A stretch of 64,000 nucleotides of DNA from a bacterium. GTDB taxonomy: Archaea; Micrarchaeota; Micrarchaeia; Micrarchaeales; CABMGC01. The stretch's first letter is position 1, and each line of letters starts with the position of its first letter. The stretch spans positions 1,700-65,699 of the forward strand of contig JAKBPE010000005.1 of NCBI GenBank assembly GCA_021829835.1, in the 5' to 3' direction. Made by a program: the position numbers and the translations under genes. Under the pieces are notes generated by a model. That model did not search any database. It was not told where the DNA came from and saw only the letters and a list, made by a program, of their open reading frames with translations. This document shows positions 58,426-64,000 of this stretch, piece after piece.

Positions 58426-59958
58426 ATGGGAAGGACAGCTGAGACAAAAAAGAAAATATTGGCAATGTTGAAAAAGAATAACAGGAGGCTTATGGATATA
58501 TATCCGGAGCTTGGATTGTCAGCTGCTACTGTAAGCCAGCATCTAAAGGAGCTTAAGGAAATGGGATTAATTGAGGAACTTGACAATTCTCATTTCAAGA
58601 ATGAGAAATATTATAGCCTGAGGAAAGTTGAGGCACCAGAAGAGCTGAACATAGACAAGCAATGGAAGAGAGAGCTTATCAAAGTAGGGGCAGTAGGCAT
58701 CATGGCTATAATAGGTTTCTTCGGGATATTCATTCTTGCATTTGGAATGCATGGGGTTTCTGGAAGATATGTAACAGTTAATGTTCTTCTTACAGACCCG
58801 CCGCATGTGCCTTTGGGAACTGAGAGCCTTTACATAAATTATACATCAATAAGATTGCATGTAGCAAACACTACAAAATGGATATCTGTTAATGCTTCCG
58901 GAAGAATTGATCTTATGTCTTTGATAAATGTCAGTAAAATAATAGGCCTTGCAAGCATACCGGAAGGAACAAACATAGACAAGATATCATTCACAATACA
59001 GAACGGTTACATAAACATAGACAATAAGACATATGGGCTCTATATGGGAAGCAACCAGATAACAGGATCTATAACTGGCCTTAAAAAAATAAACAGTACT
59101 GAAGATATACTAGTTGATTTCTCTCCTGCGGTGCTTGCGCTTTACAATAACAATTCAGTTTCATTTGAGATGATACCTTCTCTGTCTGCAGAAGTAATAA
59201 ATGGCAGGCAGCTTATACCACACAAATATGGAAATGGGGATATGTTTGCTTTTTCGAATAATGCGGAATATAACTTATCTGCCCTAAGAAACGGATTGGA
59301 CATAACATCTGCCAAGATAGAATCTGAAGGAAACCTTACAAGAATAGTGGTGATTGTGAAAGACATATCTAACAGAAGCATAAATGTAAGCCACATAGAG
59401 GTCTTCGGCCAGGAGCCTGTATATCTTAATTCTAAAGTCCTGAATAGTATGTCAGATGGTGGTATAGTTTCCAGATTAGGTCAGAAGAATAGTTTTATCA
59501 ACTCGTATAATTGGACTTCTGGCAATATAAATTCTTCATGGTTTGTTTATCCTGGAAGGAGAGAGTATGGAAATGAGAATGGAATTGCTTGGGTAACAAT
59601 AGGAGGGTTTTTCAATATGCCCAGAATTATAAATTCGGATTCTGGAAAGTTTTCGAGCGAGGCGGTCCTCATAAACCAGGCTTATAATGTAAGTTATATG
59701 AAAGACAGGCTCGGGGTTGTAGATTTCATAATAGACAAAAATGAAACCCTTTCTGAACCTTTCTCTCCACTCTTTCAAGGAGGCAGTTTCGGCTATGTGA
59801 TAAATCCGGGACAGAGTGCTACGTTTGAATTCAATGGAACTGTCACTGTAGGAAAGACAGGATTGATGATAGTCAATTTTACCCCGGGAGAAATATACAG
59901 GATAGGTATAATAGGGAGCAATTGCGGGTATGCAGGCAATTATGTTATTGCAGGATAA
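58426..59958 (+). CDS. ArsR-like HTH + TM + DUF4382-like extracellular domain protein
   Basis: LGLSAATVSQHLKELKEMGLI HTH, one TM, then LLTDPPHVP. Confidence 0.8.
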   Translation: MGRTAETKKKILAMLKKNNRRLMDIYPELGLSAATVSQHLKELKEMGLIEELDNSHFKNEKYYSLRKVEAPEELNIDKQWKRELIKVGAVGIMAIIGFFGIFILAFGMHGVSGRYVTVNVLLTDPPHVPLGTESLYINYTSIRLHVANTTKWISVNASGRIDLMSLINVSKIIGLASIPEGTNIDKISFTIQNGYINIDNKTYGLYMGSNQITGSITGLKKINSTEDILVDFSPAVLALYNNNSVSFEMIPSLSAEVINGRQLIPHKYGNGDMFAFSNNAEYNLSALRNGLDITSAKIESEGNLTRIVVIVKDISNRSINVSHIEVFGQEPVYLNSKVLNSMSDGGIVSRLGQKNSFINSYNWTSGNINSSWFVYPGRREYGNENGIAWVTIGGFFNMPRIINSDSGKFSSEAVLINQAYNVSYMKDRLGVVDFIIDKNETLSEPFSPLFQGGSFGYVINPGQSATFEFNGTVTVGKTGLMIVNFTPGEIYRIGIIGSNCGYAGNYVIAG

Positions 59959-60001
59959 ATTGCAAGTATAGGAGGAATTTGATAATCGAGAATGTGGAGC
60001 T

Positions 60002-60715
60002 ATGGTAGCAAGAGAGAGCAGCGATGTGATAAAGGCTGAAGGTATAGAAAAAATATATTCTACTAAGAAAGTAGAGTATGTCGCTCTAAAAAACATCTCA
60101 GTTTCCATAAAAAGAGGAGAGTTTGTTACAATACTTGGGCCTTCTGGAAGCGGGAAGACTACACTTATGAACCTTCTTGGGACTTTAGACAGGCCGACTG
60201 AAGGGAAGATATACATAGACGGAGTGGATACCTCAGAGCTTGACGATAACCAATTGTCAGTGCTTAGAAACAGGAAGGTTGGTTTTATATTCCAGGCATA
60301 TAATCTTGTGCCTTATCTTTCGACTCTGCAGAATGTTATTCTGCCGTTGATGGTTGAGGGAAAGGATACGCCTGAAAACATAGAGAGGGCAAAAGATATA
60401 CTGAAAGAGATAGGAATAGGCAGTGAACTAGGAAAGAAGCCGAATGAAATGAGCGGAGGACAGCAGCAGAGGGTTGCTATTGCAAGAGCATTGGTTAATA
60501 AACCGCCTATAATAATAGGGGACGAACCGACAGGCAACCTAGACTCGAAGACATCCGATGCGGTGATGAGCCTTCTCATGCGCATGGCAAAGGAGAACAA
60601 TACTACAATGATAATTGCAACTCATGATCCTGAAATTTCAGAGCTCTCAGAGAGGAGCATATACATGAAGGATGGCCAGATAGAAAAGCATGTGAAAAAC
60701 AGGCAGCAACATTAA
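60002..60715 (+). CDS. ABC ATP-binding protein (LolD/MacB type)
   Basis: GPSGSGKT, MSGGQQQRVAIARAL, DEPTGNLD. Confidence 0.95.
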   Translation: MVARESSDVIKAEGIEKIYSTKKVEYVALKNISVSIKRGEFVTILGPSGSGKTTLMNLLGTLDRPTEGKIYIDGVDTSELDDNQLSVLRNRKVGFIFQAYNLVPYLSTLQNVILPLMVEGKDTPENIERAKDILKEIGIGSELGKKPNEMSGGQQQRVAIARALVNKPPIIIGDEPTGNLDSKTSDAVMSLLMRMAKENNTTMIIATHDPEISELSERSIYMKDGQIEKHVKNRQQH

Positions 60716-60718
60716 CGT

Positions 60719-62431
60719 ATGACAATAAAAAAAGGATATATTATGGAAACAAAATTGCGAATGTGGATTCTCGCCACCTTGATTCTCTTTATGGGATTCG
60801 GAGTAGTGAATGCGGCTTCTTGCCAGACTATCAGCAGTCCTAACATACAGGTAATAGGAGTTACATGGGGCAACAGCACCCATTACATTTCAGCTTATCC
60901 CGGAGACAGGGACGTTCCCCTGACTGTGACATTGGAGACATATGGCACAGATTGCCAATTCGAGAATCTTGTAGGAACTTTGCAGCTTTATGGCGGAGTG
61001 AGCAATTACGATGGAGGATCTACTTCCACATATTATCTGCAATCAACACAGCCTCCTTCGATGTTTAATATGGTTTTTTACTTGAATATAGCAGACAATG
61101 TAACTATGGGCCCTAACGTTACAGTATCCTACCCCCTTGTTTTGGAATGGGATTCTTCAAACGGAACGATAAACAACAAGCAGCAGATAAATTTGAATAT
61201 ACCCATGAATGGAGCTGCAAATCTTACATTTTCTGCAAAGAAGCCGCAGGTGACTGCAGGAAAAGTAACCAATGTCAGCATAACAGTATCGAATACGGGA
61301 AGCGGAGTCGCATCAGACATATCCACTACAATATCATCCCAGCAGGGAGTGAGCTTCATAAGCCAGCCGAATGAGATAAGCAGCCTTGGGCCAGGGCAAT
61401 CGAAGAACATGACATTCGGGATATATATAGCACCAAGCCAGGCAGGAAATTCGCAGGCAGGAGCATCGGTAATATTGAACCTTGATAGCCATTATATAAG
61501 TCCTTATGGCCATAATACCACACTGGAAAGCCAGGTGGGGCTCTTTACATCTTCGCCTTCTTCAGCTACTGCGATAGTTTCAGTACCAAACCAGACACTT
61601 GTTGCAGGAAGGATAACCAAAATGAACCTCACAGTATACAATTCTGGAAGCGACCCTATCACTAATCTTTCAGTGGTTCTGACTCCAGAATCGCCGCTTA
61701 GCATTATAGGCTCTGACAACCTGAATATAATACCTGTAATTAATGGAGGAGAAAAGGTAAACCTTCCAATAACATTATTCATGCAGTCTTCTTCAAGCGC
61801 AGTGTCCACACTTGACATAAGCCTCTCATATGTTCTTGACAACCAACAGGTAACCGCATCAAGAAGCATTAGTTTCCTGAATCCGGGAAATGTTAATATG
61901 AGCGTTGTAAGTACGGTAATATCTCCTTCTGTACCTTCACCTGGCGAGATATTCTCCATAACATCTACTCTGCAGAACACAGGCTCGCAGGAGGCTGTGG
62001 CAACATCCGTAACGCCGGAACCGCCTTCAGGCATAATGGTATTGGGAGAGAACAATACCTTTTTAGGCAATATACCGGTAGACACACCTACCGCACTGAC
62101 TGTAAGCTTTACAGTATTGCCTAGTACAAAAGCAGGAGAGTATACAATACCAGTCTTGGTATCATATCTCAACAACCTCAACCAGAAAGAGAATGAAACA
62201 TTTTATTACAATGTAAAGATAGGATCATCAGGAGAGATTTCCGGAGGCGCAGGATCCGGAGGATATAAAACAGGCAATTTTTCGAGTAGCGCAGGAAGCT
62301 ATCGCAGAAAGGCATCTGCAGGTAATGGAGAAGGTATTGCAATTATAATAGTAATTGCAGTAGTTGCCATCGGAGCTTATTACATATATAGGAAGAGGAA
62401 GGCTGGAGGCAGGGAAAGAAGCAAGAAATAG
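60719..62431 (+). CDS. S-layer domain (COG1361-like) Ig-repeat membrane protein
   Basis: Signal peptide, repeated (S/Q/Y)N(T/S)GS CARDB-like units, C-terminal TM; sits between ABC subunits; start may be M9. Confidence 0.8.
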   Translation: MTIKKGYIMETKLRMWILATLILFMGFGVVNAASCQTISSPNIQVIGVTWGNSTHYISAYPGDRDVPLTVTLETYGTDCQFENLVGTLQLYGGVSNYDGGSTSTYYLQSTQPPSMFNMVFYLNIADNVTMGPNVTVSYPLVLEWDSSNGTINNKQQINLNIPMNGAANLTFSAKKPQVTAGKVTNVSITVSNTGSGVASDISTTISSQQGVSFISQPNEISSLGPGQSKNMTFGIYIAPSQAGNSQAGASVILNLDSHYISPYGHNTTLESQVGLFTSSPSSATAIVSVPNQTLVAGRITKMNLTVYNSGSDPITNLSVVLTPESPLSIIGSDNLNIIPVINGGEKVNLPITLFMQSSSSAVSTLDISLSYVLDNQQVTASRSISFLNPGNVNMSVVSTVISPSVPSPGEIFSITSTLQNTGSQEAVATSVTPEPPSGIMVLGENNTFLGNIPVDTPTALTVSFTVLPSTKAGEYTIPVLVSYLNNLNQKENETFYYNVKIGSSGEISGGAGSGGYKTGNFSSSAGSYRRKASAGNGEGIAIIIVIAVVAIGAYYIYRKRKAGGRERSKK

Positions 62432-62439
62432 TTGGCTGT

Positions 62440-63762
62440 ATGAAGCTCAAGGATACCCTATGGTTGGGGGTTAAAGGCATATCTGAAAGAAAGGTCAGAA
62501 CTCTTCTTACAGTGATAACTGTAGCCATAGGCGTAGCTGCGATAGTCGCATTGATATCATTGGTTGCCGGCAGCTCGGCAAGCATAACCAAGTCTCTAGA
62601 GAGCATAGGCCCTTCTTCGATATATATGATACCTGCAAGAGGACATATATTTACAGCTGCAGATGTTGCGGTTCTTGAGTCTCTTCCGAATGTAAGCACA
62701 GTAATACCCATGATAGAATCCAGCGGGACTCTTTCTCTTGACGGCCAGTCTGTTACAGCCACCATAATAGGAGTGAATAATTACAGCATTGTTAATGCAA
62801 TAGGATCGCTTAACATATATGAAGGAGTTCCATTCAACAACTCTGCGCTTCCTCAGGCACTTGTTGGCCACGGAATCGCATTTCCTACAACAACCCAGAG
62901 CACGTCTTCTGTTACGCTTGGAGAACCGATATACCTTACCCAGACAGGAAGCTCCGGTACAAGAACAATAACGTTGCTGCCTACTGGCATACTGAATTCA
63001 TATGGGTCTTCAATATATGTACAGCCTGACACGTCGATATTTCTATCTCTGCCTGAAGCTGAGAGCCTTCTTGATACATATTCGTACAATATAATAATAG
63101 TAAAGGCAAGAAACGCGAGCGACGCTTCCTCTCTGGATTCTCTGCTAACTACAATATACGGCAATAGTGCAAATATACTCTCAGTAGAAGCGATAGCGGC
63201 TACAATCTCTTCAGTCATAGGCTCAATAACTCTATTGCTTGGTTCTGTAGCTGGAATCTCGCTGCTTGTGGCAGGCATAAGTATACTTAGCATAATGATG
63301 GTATCTGTCACTGAAAGGACCAGAGAGATAGGCATACTGAAGGCTCTCGGATTCAAGAGGAGAGAGGTTCTGGCCCTCTTCCTTTCTGAAGCGTTTATAA
63401 TAGGGCTTATAGGAGGCGTGGCTGGAGTTGCCATTGGAGCAGCAGGAGGATATGCATTGCCTGCACTTCTCTCTTCGCATTCAGCGACAACAAGCAGCAG
63501 TTCACCAAGCAGCAGCGCTCCGGCTGGAGGTTCTGGATTTGCAGGAAGGGCTGGGGCTGGAGGGAGGGGAGGCGCGGGATTCGCAGCTGGAGGAGCGCCT
63601 GGAGGAGGAAGCTCATCAGGCCTCTCGATAACGCCGATAGTAAGCCCTGCTCTGGCATTGGAAGCAATTGTACTTGCAATAGTAGTAGCAATACTTTCGA
63701 GCCTTTATCCCGCGTGGAAGGCAGCAGGAATAGATCCGATAAAGGCCTTGAGATCTGAGTGA
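62440..63762 (+). CDS. ABC permease (MacB/FtsX family)
   Basis: RTLLT...[38 protein letters not shown]. Confidence 0.95.
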   Translation: MKLKDTLWLGVKGISERKVRTLLTVITVAIGVAAIVALISLVAGSSASITKSLESIGPSSIYMIPARGHIFTAADVAVLESLPNVSTVIPMIESSGTLSLDGQSVTATIIGVNNYSIVNAIGSLNIYEGVPFNNSALPQALVGHGIAFPTTTQSTSSVTLGEPIYLTQTGSSGTRTITLLPTGILNSYGSSIYVQPDTSIFLSLPEAESLLDTYSYNIIIVKARNASDASSLDSLLTTIYGNSANILSVEAIAATISSVIGSITLLLGSVAGISLLVAGISILSIMMVSVTERTREIGILKALGFKRREVLALFLSEAFIIGLIGGVAGVAIGAAGGYALPALLSSHSATTSSSSPSSSAPAGGSGFAGRAGAGGRGGAGFAAGGAPGGGSSSGLSITPIVSPALALEAIVLAIVVAILSSLYPAWKAAGIDPIKALRSE

Positions 63763-63845
63763 TGATTGCGAAAATCAGCTGATTTTAGTCTTTGAAAAAG
63801 CAGGCAGATAATCAACTTATAGATATCTGTTACAGAATATCTAAC

Positions 63846-64000
63846 ATGCGCCATAAGAAAGATCAGAATAGTTCTACAGTGATTCTGCCCACATTGAATG
63901 AAGCTGAGAACATAAAGCAGGTTATCTCAGGACTTCTGAAAGAGTGTCCTGATTCCGAGATAATAGTGGCGGATGACGGATCTGTTGACGGAACCGATGT
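63846..64000 (+). CDS. Glycosyltransferase family 2 (Dol-P-Man synthase-like), truncated by window edge
   Basis: Manual translation MRHKKDQNSSTVILPTLNEAENI...EIIVADDGSVDGT. Confidence 0.85.
   Translation, partial: MRHKKDQNSSTVILPTLNEAENIKQVISGLLKECPDSEIIVADDGSVDGTD

Overview
Archaeal chromosomal window. Gene content and divergence point to a DPANN archaeon, most likely Micrarchaeota; this is inference from gene content only. Core genes: fen, MBF1, site-2 protease, carS, alaS, RFC large subunit, K+ channel, RecJ-like DHH protein, KaiC-like ATPase, scpA/scpB, a complete A-type ATP synthase operon followed by dph6, a UvrD-nuclease fusion, an APC permease and a MacB-type ABC module. Two tRNA genes each anchor an integrated element. 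(1) At tRNA-Glu(CTC), a ~3.5 kb island bounded by 65-bp direct repeats holds an IS630 and a repeat-flanked alkA cassette. It also holds fragments missed by the ORF track that look like a decayed casposon: Cas1 C-terminus, PolB C-terminus, an R-M N-terminus and a TIR-like end. (2) At tRNA-Val(CAC), a 3.7 kb element carries an SSV-type split tyrosine integrase whose two att copies encode different valine anticodon arms (CAC vs GAC). It also carries an RHH-LemA-2H phosphoesterase operon and a structured, iteron-rich non-coding region. Other accessory content: four putative thermopsin/G1-like secreted proteases, an Exo5-like nuclease and a 2033-aa mosaic surface protein. No rRNA or CRISPR array was seen. 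All protein assignments come from motif recognition by eye; no database searches were run.
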